Shown here piece after piece: positions 48,783 to 60,959 of a DNA stretch of 64,000 nt; position 1 is the first letter of the stretch, and each line of letters opens with the position of its first letter. The stretch lies in assembly GCA_964016885.1 (NCBI GenBank), contig OZ024740.1:288982001-289046000 (forward strand), read 5' to 3'. A program made the position numbers and the translations under genes. Under the pieces are notes generated by a model, which searched no databases, was not told the DNA's origin, and saw nothing but the letters and a program-made list of their open reading frames with translations. Source of the stretch: Eledone cirrhosa. Its lineage: Eukaryota.

Positions 48783-50026
48783 GATGATGATGATGATGAT
48801 TATGTACTTATGTATGAAACACTGGATTGAAAAACTAACCTGTTTAACTTGTCTTTCACTTCAGGCTCAATTAACAACAGAATCATTTTTTTTAGTTTTA
48901 AATATTTTTAAGCTCATGAAAAAGTTATTTTAAAGCTTAGTTATAGTATAATTCACAAACTATTCACATTATGTTATTGTTGTTATTGTTTTTATCTGTA
49001 AGATATAGCTGGAATACTTGGTGATAATGCAAAAAACTGGGTATTTCTTCTATCTTATTGTTTAGTTACCTGACTGGGTTAGGTCAGTTTTCACTAGCCT
49101 ACCCATCCTATTAAGTACATTCCCATTTGATATGTTGACAGCTTTGGTCTAACTACCTGATATATGAGAGTAGTCAATGAAACCTGTTATAATGTTCCTC
49201 ACAACTAAATACTGTTGTTATATCAGACTCAGTGACATATGTGATGGTTAATAACTAGAATCCAGTGTCAAGATTTTACAGTAATTGTCACTGAACTATT
49301 TCATATGAATAACAAAATCAGCAAGATTCAGCACCTTTTAAACACAAACTGACTTTTTTCTATTGCAATTCTCAAAATATTTCATTCATTTTCTTTCTGT
49401 TTCACTCAATAAATATTTGTCTTTCTGCTGCAATTGCTACACCTAATGTATTTCATTCATAACATCAAAATATGCTTTAATTCTTTCAATATCAACATTT
49501 CTGAGATTGATTATTGTTAGTTCCATAATACTAACATACCCAAAACTATCTAACCCATGCTAGCGTAGAAAATGGATGCTAAACGATGATGATGCTGATT
49601 TGTATTAAAGTGTTCATATTTAAATAAAGATTTTACACAGATAAAAATATGAGTTTTTAGTTTGCGATCCTTTGTTTTTTGTTAAGTTGTATTCCAAATA
49701 TTAGCTTAATTACCAATAAATAAGAATGCTCCAGTTATTTTACCAACCCTTCCAAATATTGGATTATTTTGAAAACTAATATTCAAACAGTCTAATCTAG
49801 TTATAAATAGAAGATCATGAAAGATTTAAGATTTTAGGAAAATATATTAATAACTTCTTGCCTATTTTTCTGTAGGTAACAAAGGTTACAAAAAGGTGTT
49901 TGCTATGTTTCTTATCATAAAGATGTTTTCTCTTATGTGACAGAATTACTGTAAAAACTATAATTTTCTTCTATTTTTAATCAGTCAAATTAACTGAAAA
50001 TTTCTTTGTTTTATATTTTTTGTTAG

Positions 50027-50131
50027 TATAATCGTGCAGTACTGGTGCTAAATGAATGTGCTCGACAGCAACCAAAGAATCCAGCTCTCTTGTTGCAAGC
50101 AGCGCGCATCTGCATAGAGTACCTTTATCAG
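50027..50131 (+). CDS. TTC7: TTC7 exon F (105 nt): YNRAVLVLNECARQQPKNPALLLQAARICIEYLYQ
   Basis: tgttag| acceptor and |gtaaat donor; 35 codons, TPR-like. Confidence 0.9.
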
Positions 50132-50531
50132 GTAAATGTGGAAATTTCTTACTGTTCTTTCTTTCATCTCTTAAGCATAACTGATGAAATAGGACATTGT
50201 TTATAGACTATCATTTGCAGGTTAGCCTTGTGACAGACTGGTGTCTTGTCCAGGGGCAAGTCTTGTGCTCACAGTTGTTTAAGGCTACATGTAACTAGGA
50301 TAAAACTCTAGGTTCAAGAAAGATTTTAACTTTTTTTAATGAAGGGGGATGAAATTAAATACTGTGAAAATAAGAAAAAAAAAAACATTTAGTCCAGAAT
50401 TCTACTATTTTGTCCATTCTCTTTGTCATTATTTTATTGTTAAATTCATTTGATCTTTCACAAATTTTTCTGTTTTCCATTTGCCTGAAACTATCTTCAT
50501 AAATTAATAAGGGATCTTTTATTTATTTCAG

Positions 50532-50704
50532 TATAATGAAGGTATTGACTTTGCTGAACGAGCCATAGCAATAGAAGGGGATCATCCCTTGCGATCACGC
50601 ATCCATGTTATGATGGGTGTTGGTTACAGTATGAAGGCCAACGATATGAAAATGCAAGAAGAACGACAGAAACAAAACAGAAATGCCATGAGTGCTTTCT
50701 ATAA
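50532..50704 (+). CDS. TTC7: TTC7 exon G (173 nt): YNEGIDFAERAIAIEGDHPLRSRIHVMMGVGYSMKANDMKMQEERQKQNRNAMSAFY(K)
   Basis: tttcag| acceptor and |gtaagt donor; phase 2 out matches the next exon. Confidence 0.9.
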
Positions 50705-51556
50705 GTAAGTTGCTTTCTATAAGTAAGTTGTTGCTTTGGTTGCTGTTGTTGTTGTTATTGACTTTGTCGTCATCATCATCATCATCACCATTCATTCATT
50801 TATTCATTCATCTATTTCACTACAACTACATCAGGTACCCTAACCTTTTCCTCATTTTATTGTTTATGTCCACCTGCTAATTATGTGTGTTGCTTCATTT
50901 AGTGATATTTAGATAACTTGTTTTCAGTAAGTGTTTATTATTATTTAATCAGAAGGCCCTGCCTATAACCTTTACAGTTTCTCTCAAACTAGTGATGTTG
51001 ATGTAGTTCATGTTAGCTTGAAATTCTGCTGAGTGAAAACTGTAAGGAAAATGTGAATTGAGCAGTTGTTCTACAGAGTTTCACTTCTGGAGAGGAAGGT
51101 GGTGTTAAGTTTTTAGTATTGAGTTTGCGAGTGATACACAGTAGGGTTGGGGATAGAAGTCATAGGTTCATATGTAGTACTGAGCTTGCTTCTTCCATAC
51201 TGTTGTAGTAGTAGAGAAAGCATCATCATCATCATCATTGTTTAATGTCTGTTTTCTCTGCCAGCAAGAGCTGTACGTATTGTCACAGATTGGTCAGTAC
51301 TCAAGCGGATCCGTTGATCCTCGGGTGTGCGAAGAGCACACATCTTGCTTACTTATGTTCCCATACTTTATTAATTGCTCTGATTGACTGGGGGCACAGC
51401 ATGTGATCCTGTGCTCTACTGAGTGCAGTTTATTGTGGCACTGATACTAGAGAAGTTGTTATGTCCTTGACACAGTTGAAGTGTCCTCCCAACCCTTTGT
51501 TTGGCAGGTTTTCTATGGCTGGATACATAATGAGAAAGCGCTGCATTTATAATTAA

Positions 51557-52401
51557 CTAACAGTGGTATCCAGCATTGCATGGGATAAAGTATTTTGGAA
51601 TGCAGGCCGCCAACAGACCTAATTGTGGAAAACTGCATGCCTGGACAATATGTAAAGAAAATAAACCGAATACTCTGATTTTCCTCGAGGAAGCAGGAAA
51701 AATGGGGATCAAGAAAATGAATTTTTTTATGTGCATAATATGCCTTGAAATTTCAGGAAAATCGGCTAGACGTAACGCCTCCAAAAAGCCCTAAAAATCT
51801 GAAAAAATGAAGTTTTTCACCCTAGGCCATAAAAAAGTTGGATTTTCTTTGCTCATGGTATGTAGAAGAGACTGACTAATACAGTTACGGTCTGACGTAA
51901 CGCCTCAAAAAACCCCTAAAAACCTGAAAAAACGCAGTTTTTCATCTAATGCGGGCCCTAGGAGATCAAAAAGTTGAATTTTTTTATGTGCATAACACTC
52001 CCTGAAACAAGAAATACACATGTAAAGTTTGAAAAAAGTCAGTTGGGTACTTCTCGAGTTTTAGGGATTCAAACTCACAGACACACACACACACACAGAC
52101 ATCCTCAGGGAAGTGACGTAATGCAGACAGCCAGACATACAGACAGATATAAGGGCGCGACGTTATATGTATGTATCTATCTAAAACGAGAAAGACTAAG
52201 AATTATAGAGAGAGATCGCTAAATCGCCTAATGTGGTCCCTAGGGCATTGAAAATTTGAAATTTTTTTTGCTCAGAACACTCCCTGAAACATAAGTATTA
52301 CATGTGTAAAGTTTGAAAACAGTCGGTTGAGTGGTTCTTGAGTTTTAGGGATTCAAACTCACACACACACAGACAGACATCCTCAGTTTTATATATATAG
52401 A
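51557..52401 (-). mobile_element. Non-autonomous Helitron (~845 bp) with internal duplications
   Basis: Minus strand starts TCtatatatataaaactgaggatgtctgtctg and ends with a CpG-decayed hairpin plus TTAG; internal repeats 51960-52108 / 52235-52385. Confidence 0.72.
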
Positions 52402-52794
52402 CTAGCAGAAAACCGCCCAACGGGTGGTTTTCTGCTAGTATATATATATTACACACACACAGAAATGTATATATGTTTCTGTAGCACTCCTCAATTCCCC
52501 CCTCTCTCCCTCCCGCTATCCCCCTCTTGTAGTCTGTCTCTTTCTTTCACTCTCACTCTCTCTCTCTATGTCTCTACGTGTGCGCAAAAAACATTCGCAC
52601 GCACGCACGTGTTTTAGCGTCTATTCACTCTCTCTCTCTCCCTCCCGCTATCCCCCTCTCGTAGTCTGTCTCTTTCTTTCACTCTCACTCTCTCTCTCTC
52701 TCTACACGTGCGCAAAAAACATTCGCACGTGCGGACGTGTTTCCACTGTTGGACAGACAGATAGACAAATTGCTGGTTATATATTATAAGGAGA
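52402..52794 (-). mobile_element. Second small Helitron-like element abutting the first
   Basis: A|TC 5' end at 52794, palindromic CTAG 3' end at 52402; internal ~110-bp duplication (52500-52610 / 52630-52740). Confidence 0.6.
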
Positions 52795-53890
52795 TGATGA
52801 GTGAAGTTTTGCCAGTCAGCTGGATGGAAGGCTTTTTTTTATATGGTCTTGAAGGTTTGAATGTGTAGAAGCTGAATGTGAAATGTATTGTCATATGGGG
52901 TGTATTTGTGCTTTATAGAGTGTTTGTAAATGTGTCTGAATATATGTATGCATTTGTCAATGTCTCATTTTAACAGTAAGTGTCTCTTGTATAAGGAGAT
53001 TGGTTGAAAAGAGGAAAATTAAGAGTCCTCTACAATCTGGGAAGAGTTGCTATATTTTACCATCAAAGATAGCTACATTTACACATCATCCTCATCATTT
53101 ATCACTAATGTTCCAGAAATATTTTAAAATGCCAAAGGGTTTACTTTAGATTGTTTGCTTTTTTTTGTTGTTTTAAAATTGTTTATTGTTCTAGATAATA
53201 TTAGAAATTGGAAAGACCAATGGAAACCTCCAATTTGACGAGCTCAATTCCACTCATTAAGCGAATGAGGTCTGGGATCTTGTCGATCGACTGTCAATTC
53301 TTCTAGAAATATTTCTTGAGTTCACAGTCAAATATCAGTATTATCAAGAATATTATTTTCGGTAGAAATCACGATATTCAGGATGGTTAATTGGCAGAAT
53401 CAGTTGAGCAACATGCAAAATACCTCACAATATTTAATTATGTCCCTTTATATTCTGAGTTTAGTTTCCTCTGGGGGTCGACTTCATTTTTCATCTTTCC
53501 ATGGTTGATAAAATGAGTATCAGTCAAATATTTGAATTTATCATCATCATCACTTTTATGTTCATATTTCCATGCTTGCTTAGGTTGGATGAGATCTCTT
53601 TCCTCATAGATATTTTTTCTATGGTCAGACACTTTCCCTAATACTAACCCATACCTTATTCTAAGTATGGTATATGCAGCTAATATTTATCACACCACTA
53701 CACTGCCAGATGTATTGATTATGGATAACATAAACAACTGTCTCCACAAGATTATGGCAGTATCGATATGGTGTTTGCAATGACTGGCATACACAATGCA
53801 CACATGCATATGTCATCATCATCATCATCATCATTTAACATCCACCTTCCACGCTAGCATGAGTTACACATGCATATATATATGTTTATT

Positions 53891-53919
<29 letters not shown>

Positions 53920-53924
<5 letters not shown>

Positions 53925-54605
53925 CAGGAGAAGAGATTGCACTGATATGGACATGTGTTGCGTATGAAGGATGACAGCTGTATAAAAAGGTGCAGAGCAC
54001 TCAAAGTTGATGGAAGCTATGGAGTGGACAGGCCTAGGAAGACTTAGGTGACCTTGCACAATTGCACCTCTCAAAGGCGATGAAACTGGACCATAATCTC
54101 TGGTGCTATGCAATAATACAGAAGGCACGCCTTCCCATATGCAGGAGCTAAGGCATACATCTAGTATGCATCACCTTCCCTCCCATTTCCCTCCCTTACA
54201 CCTCCCATGTCGTAAATCACCCCATCCCTATACCTACCTTCCCAATTTCCCATGCATTCCCACCACCCAAGTCCCCAATCCACAACATAAAGCAGCCATC
54301 CTGGAGCCACGACAATAAGTGCTCAGTCCACACTGTAAAGTGGTCATGTAGGAGTCACGATAAAATGTGCCTAGTCCACACTGTAAAGTGGTTGTGTGGG
54401 TATCAGAAAAAAAAGCACTCAGTACACACTGTAAATGTGGTTGGTGTTAGGAAGGGCATCCAGCCGTAGAAACCTAGCCAAAATCAGTTCTGCGTGAGCA
54501 AAACATGGTCCTCCAACCTGACTGTCTCACATCAGGACAACTCATCAAACCCATGGTAGCATGGAAATTGGACCTTTAAACGATGATGATGATGATGATG
54601 ATGAT
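53920..54605 (+). mobile_element. RTE 3' fragment with a longer pyrimidine-rich 3' UTR
   Basis: gtgcaggagaagag...ggatgacagctgtataaaaaggtgcagagcac, the 3' UTR repeats, terminal hairpin and (GAT)n. Confidence 0.85.
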
Positions 54606-55354
54606 ATATATATATATTGATGATGATGATATATATATAATATATATATATATTTATATACACATATGAAGAATGACTTCAAGACTCTGAGCCACATGAA
54701 AATGACATAAGATTGTGGTGACTAGCAACTCACCATGCTAGAAAAGACCAGTATAAGCACTGTGATGCTAAAAGTAAATGGGGTGAGAGATCAGGGACTG
54801 CATGGATTAGAGAGATTTCTTTTAGTCTGCAGTGGACAAGATAACCACTCTAGTGTTGGTGTCGTGATGGAATGTATTCAGTATTCTCTGTAAAGTGGTT
54901 GATGAATGGACTGAGATAGCATTGGACCCTTTGATTATGTTGAGAAGTTGACAACTGCCTTGTATGAGGTTATGATAAAATTCACTCACTAGACTCTGTA
55001 AACTGGTTGGCAATTGAATGGAGTCAATGCAGTGTAAAGAGGACTTTTCAGTCTCGCTGAGCACATAACAACCTCTTTATTGCTGGTTGGTATCTTAATA
55101 AAATGTACCCAGTACACTCTGCAATGTGGTTGCCATGAAAACCTTTTCTAAATATGGAACATTGGCCAGTTTGGGGTAACAGCAGAAAATGCTTGCTCAA
55201 GGTGCCATGTAATGGGATTCACCCTGAAACTATTTAGTTGTGAATGGAACTTCTTAAGCATATAGTCATGTCTGTGTCTATAATGATGATAATATTAATG
55301 CTTTCTACATTTTGCGACAAAAATAACAAATGAAATAAATCTTATAACAAAATA

Positions 55355-55572
55355 ATTGTTTCTACATTTGGCACAAGGCCAGCTATTTGAAAGAAAGGGG
55401 AAAGTCGACTATCTCGACCCCAGTGCATTACTGATGCTTTATTTTATCGACCCCATAAGGATAAAAGGCAAAGCTAACCTCAGCAGGATTTGAATTCATA
55501 ACGTAAAGGTTCATAACTCTATGTTGCAACACATAGTGTCCGACACTCTACCAATTCTGCGAATCCACCACC
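55355..55572 (-). mobile_element. tRNA-derived SINE family B (ttgcctttcatcc..ggggtcgataaaataa.taccag core)
   Basis: Near full-length copy; further copies or fragments at about 1473-1583(-), 5295-5400(+), 7423-7545(+), 8280-8425(-), 20800-20900(+), 25530-25680(+), 31352-31507(+), 34915-35047(+), 36650-36730(+) and 53385-53530(+). Confidence 0.82.
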
Positions 55573-55904
55573 CTATCTTATAACAAAATAATAAGGAAAG
55601 GAGCCAATGATGTCATTGGATCAAGGAAGCTATATTTTCAATGGTTCTCCCCTAACTGATACTATCTGTTGGCTGCAACTCCTGGCAGAAGGAGGTGGGA
55701 TTTGAACCTAACATTGCAAGAAAAATACAGGTTATCTAGAACTATATGTTAACTATCATTTCTTTTAACTCTTGATACCTACCTTGCCAAATCTGGCCCT
55801 AGTTCTATGGAACAAAATGACCTATTTTAAAGGGTTCCTGTTTAACTCAAAATCTTCCAACATAGTTTTATATATAGAATTATGTGTAAAGTTACTATAT
55901 TAGT

Positions 55905-56213
55905 CATTATTTTTTCATGCTCAGAGTTGCTGAAGCATGGAACAAACTACCTGCATCAGTTGTTAGCTGCTGGGACACTGCATTCTTTAAAACCTCCATG
56001 CTTCCTGAAATTCGCCAACACTACACCTGATATTCCTCCTCCATACACATGTACACATGTGTGTGCGTATCTGTGTGTATATCATGACTCATACACTGTT
56101 CACTTTCCTGACATTTGTACATTATTCTATGTACTATACATGCACCTTTGATGCGTTGTAGTGCACCTGAGCACTGTACACAATAATTTCATTATATTAT
56201 TATTATTATTATT
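55905..56213 (+). mobile_element. CR1-group LINE 3' end
   Basis: Translates as FFMLRVAEAWNKLPASVVSC..TAFFK, a typical CR1 ORF2 terminus; (ATT)n tail. Confidence 0.65.
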
Positions 56214-57170
56214 GGAATGTTGCCAGGCACTCACTGCCCTCTACCAAGTGGGCAATGCGATCAGTGGGACTTCTACTCTCGAGTTCTATAGAGGATTAGT
56301 GGTGGGCAAGTGCGATGACGCACTCAACGAAGTCGAACTGACCAGTCTGTACCGGAGGACTTTCGAGCCGGGGATGATGGACAATTTCCAGAAATCCCTC
56401 GCTTGGCAGTGCTACCGGGGGGCACTGCCGGTTTGGGATAAACTCTACAGGCACGGAAGTGCTGTCAGATGGACCTCCCTAAGATGCGCACAGAGCGACA
56501 AAACCGTTCTGCACGCACTTGTCCAATGTCTGTGCATTACTGACTTGTGGAGTTATGTGGAACAGCTACTGTCGCGTTTGGAATGGATCCGGCTATCGGC
56601 TGAGTCCATAGTGAAGATCGATCCACCGCCTTCCTTAGGTCAGGAAGAGCAGGAAATTTTCCTCTGTCTTGTGACCGTTGCGAAAGAGGTTATATGGTGG
56701 ACCAGATTAAAAGGACTAAAGACAGACACTTTTCTCTTTGGCCAATCCCTCATCAACTTCCAAGTTTCACCTGGAAAGGAAGGTGAGGGTGGAGAGAGAA
56801 GTGCTGCCCCCCAGTGCATTTGCTAAAAGGTGGATGAATGTGGCGAGAATGGCCCGTGTGAATGGGCCTACTCTGACCATGCGCTTATAGGCTAGCTAAC
56901 TTGAGGAGAGGGGTGCTCTCCCTGGGTGCTCTAGAAGCGCAGAGTGGTTCAGGATTGGTGGGGTACCTGAGTCACCCCTGGGTCGTCCACCCCCTATAGG
57001 GGAATTTATTTTGTTATATTTATGCATAGTTTATTTTATATTTTTTATATCTTCATTGTTAAATTAGTCTTCCCATTGTGCACATTTACTTGACCTTATT
57101 GTAAACCCCCACTGTCCCTGTCTTTGTATTGTCCCCTACATGTCGGCCCTTGTGGCTAATAAATGAAATC
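56214..57170 (+). mobile_element. Second Tx1/L1-clade 3' fragment of the same family
   Basis: MDNFQKSLAWQCYRGALPV and WWTRLKGLKTDTFLFG are shared with 8633-9968; same 3' end cccttgtggctaataaa followed by (ATT)n. Confidence 0.87.
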
Positions 57171-57373
57171 ATTATTATTATTATTATTAATAATAATTTT
57201 AGTAATTCCTTTAAGATTCTTCATTAAATAATTAAAATAGTGTGTTTTTCATTAGAAATACAGCCACAAAAGAGTTAAGCTGTGCTCTCAACTATAATTT
57301 GTTCAGAAAAGTATATATTTTTCTTATCTATGTATTTTTTAAATGTTCTAATATTATTATTTATTCTCTTCAG

Positions 57374-57446
57374 AGCATTTCAAGAAGATCCAAATGATTT
57401 CCTCGCCTCATTTCACTTGGCATTACAACTAGCGATCCAACGGCAG
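57374..57446 (+). CDS. TTC7: TTC7 exon H (73 nt): AFQEDPNDFLASFHLALQLAIQRQ
   Basis: cttcag| acceptor and |gttggt donor; first base completes AAA. Confidence 0.92.
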
Positions 57447-58339
57447 GTTGGTGCCTTTATCTATTTATAATCTTTATTAACTTGTTTCTTCTGTTACTAT
57501 GTATAAGAATTACACAAATGAAAAACAGTTAAATAAAACTGGCAATGATAATGAAAGATAAGATTATAACCTTATTCATTGCTAAAGCACTTATTATGAT
57601 TGCTTTGCGAAAGCCAGTGCAATGCAAATTAGAAATACATAAGTGACAAATGGAGAAAAATGAACTAAGAAAAGCATAACAAAACAATGGTTTATATGTT
57701 TACTTTATTTCTCAATATTTTGAAGTTAGTACCTCTTTTTCAAAAGAAAGGAAATGGACTGTTGTGTTGACAACAAGTAATGCTCTTGTATTTCTAACTT
57801 TTAATGTATCAGCTTTTCCCAAACAATCATAATCACATATCTCACAATGCTTTATATAAAGGATATAGTTGTTGATCTTGTATTTTTGTTTTGTGATTTA
57901 TTCACTCTGAGTACAACTATCAATGAGTATAGGTTAGTAATTCTTTAACCCTTTTAGCACTATGTTCCACCCTTGGAAGCAGGGAAAAGCGTATGTAAAA
58001 TGATGATGATAATGTTGATATATTAGCCTTTAAAAAATAATTAAAAGCATTACACAGTTGATATATTAGCCTAAAATGTAGCACCCTTCTTGATACGTTA
58101 GCAACCTAAAACTAGAATTATTGTTTTCAGACATTTCCGGTTTATTTCACATTTCTTTTTAATGTTTTCTGTAAATGATAGGAGAAAATGAATGATTTGG
58201 ATTATAACAGTAGTAGGGATCATGATATTGATGAGATTGATTACTTATTTTTATGAATTATCTGAAAGTTTTGATAGTTTAGGGGATTCCGGTGGATGGT
58301 AACCCCTGCAAGAAACCAGGACTTTATCATTTGTCCAAA

Positions 58340-59845
58340 TCATCATCATCATTGTTTTTATGTCTGTTTTTCCATGGTCGCATGGACTGGATGGCTCCCA
58401 CTCAGCACAGCATCTCTCCACTCGTCATGTTCCTTTGCCATCTCCTCTGCGAGCCTCATCGATTTGAAATCAGCTCTCACCATCTCCACCCAGGTTTCCT
58501 TGGTCTACCTCTACTGCAGATTCCTACCACTGAGTTTCCTGACACCCAGTGATTATCATGCGCATTACATGTCCGTATCAATACAGACTTCTCTCATGTA
58601 CACCACTTTGGATACCTCTTAAACCCAGTTTCCCTCCTAGTTCATCCAGGTTCTGCCTTTCTCTCACATTTACGTTGCACATCCAACAAAGCATGGTATC
58701 ATCATTTCTCTCCTGCCTACATCTCTTCTGCAGTCACTGCCCATGTTTCACTACCATGTATCATCACACTTCCCACACAGGCATCTTTTTTGTACATAGG
58801 GAGAAACCTTTTGTTTTCAACCATATGAGTAGCTCTCTAAAGTTCTATCCTATCCTTATTCTAGCCATTATGCTCTCGGATCATCCTCTGCTGCTAATTA
58901 GGTCATCTAGATAGCAGAAGCTACCAACCACTTCTATAGATACTTCATGTGATTGGAAAAGGTTTATATCACTGACACTCTCCCCCTTGATTACCCCTGT
59001 GCATCTTTTACATACAAAGTCTTCTCTTCTTGTTAGTCTACTTGTTATTCCACTACATCTTTTGTGTATTCAAGATTTACATTGTGTACATCATATGGAG
59101 TTTATGCCTACTTCTTTTCTACATATTAAGCAGGGTCACTCCTCTGAAGGAATTAGTGTCCTATCTTTTTTCTTACTTACTAGCACTTTAGTTTTGGCTC
59201 AGCCCTTTTAATTCTAAATTCTGTTTCCATAGAGGGAACATATTCTTTAGTTCTTTTATCGATTCAGCTATAAGGACCAGATCATTAGAGAAGTTCCCAT
59301 GAACAGCCAGTCTTAAACTCCTCTGTTATGGCCTGGAGACCTATGATGAATAGCAGTGGGCTGAGAACTGAATCCACTTTATTGATAGCTCCTCTGTATA
59401 TGGCTTGCACTGCTCTCACAAGCCATTCTACACCTAATTTTCTTAAGGACCACAAGATAATAGATAGAGGTACTCTGTTAAAGACCTTTTCTAGATCAAT
59501 ACAAGCTAGATATAGCAGTTTATTTTTAGTTAGGGACTTCTCTTATAGTTGTTTCACTAAGAAGAGGGCATCTGTTGTACTTTTTCCAGGCATAAAACAG
59601 ATTGACTCTGTGGGTTACTAATCTGGCTCCTACTTCTCCCAATGCTTTTAGCATCTTGGCAACTATCTCCGACATTCCCACAGTTTTACCATTCTTCATC
59701 TCCTTGATTACTTCTTTGATCCTATAACTGTCAATTTCAATAGCTGGTCCTCCTGTTGGGTAAGTTGGAGGTAGTTTCTCTTCCTCTATATTCATCAGCC
59801 TCTCATAATAACATTTCCAGCTGTCTTTCTTTTGAGCATTATGGT
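58340..59845 (-). mobile_element. Decayed older RTE subfamily copy (RT + PHD + 3' end)
   Basis: DLEKVFNRVP, FKTGCSWELL and CLICRKEVGINSI*CTQCKS*IHKRC...FVCKRC motifs; (GAT)n tail near 58340. Confidence 0.85.
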
Positions 59846-60959
59846 ACTGTTTATTAGTATGCAAAAGAGCTAATTAACATAATTATTTGAATTTGAATTT
59901 GTTTTGTTAGTTGCAGTGTGTTATTTCATTTGAAAATTTACAAAACTCATTATTTATCAAGCATCTGAAAGACATTTAGTTATTCAATGTTATTTGGGTC
60001 AAACTGTTTTTATATTGATTTTGACAATTACTATTTGGGATTTTGCTATATAGTCAAGAAGGTCATAGCACTAATGGGAGTAAACACATTATACATCTTC
60101 AATTCAGTGCTCTTTATAATTTCATTCTGTATATAGGTTCTGGAGAACTCTTCAGTTGTGTCAAAGACATGACTACTTTCCTGGTGTTGGTGCTATGATA
60201 AAATACATTTGGTAGATCATTGGCTCACATGTAAGCAAGATGTAGGACCCTGGCTTATCTGGGAGGTCAGTATCTCCATTTTGAGAATTGACCATCTGTG
60301 ACGATACATCTAACCCTTGCTAGCAGGGAAAATTAATGTTAAATGGTGATGATGATATAAATCTGTAAGGTTAACTTCTTTCCTTCTATGGAAAAACATT
60401 TATTTCCATTTCTTACTCTTGTCTATCTTTCTATTCTTCTATCTCTCATTCTAGTTTCCAATGAAGGACTAACGTCTGAAATGTTAAGACTATTTTCTTA
60501 CTATATCAAGTGTTAAATTAATATATATCATCAGTGTATTGTATTGTTCTCCCATGTTGTTTCTTCTTGTTGACTTTATATATATTTGAAAAATGGAAAA
60601 GAATGACTTTATTTGTAGTTCTAAACAATTTAATTTTATAATATTACAATTTTCCAATTTTGTTTAGTAGATCTAGTAAGTTCTTTGTTAACTTTGGTGG
60701 GGGATTTAAAAAAAGTTTCCTGGTTAACTTTCTCGCATTTGTCAGTGGCGATTGTGAAACTGATCTAAAGTTGTATTGTGATGTATGGCTCTCTATATAA
60801 GAGATTTGGGTGTGTCTGGGGGTGGGGGTGTTAATGAGGTCGGGAGTGAAGGAGTGTTGATGAAGATTTAAAGGAATTAAAGCATATATATACACAAGAA
60901 GTGAAAGAAAATAGTGAATAGTTAAAGCAAGATAATTAATTGAGAGTGGGTTGAACAGG

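Larger units (their letters stand above)
6674..57446 (+). other. TTC7: Host gene span (partial, 8 internal exons): tetratricopeptide repeat protein 7 ortholog
   Basis: Eight exons with canonical AG/GT and consistent phases give one open frame: KLSCGISRFRELLRAVESRYTQSLRQ-VLSRQLAEVLLRGVCE...-EEALLLLLIAEAI-...VYDLLAIAL...-SYERAMRFSFDEFHIWYQFANSL...-...FHLALQLAIQRQ. This is collinear with remembered TTC7B motifs (RFRELLRAVE, RQLAEILLRG, EEALLLLLISE, ERAMKFAFEEFHLWYQFA, FYLALQLAISRQ). Confidence 0.92.

Noticed and set aside
50170-50215. CTGATGA motif downstream of exon F
   Set aside because: No stem II/GAAA/stem III arrangement, so not a hammerhead.
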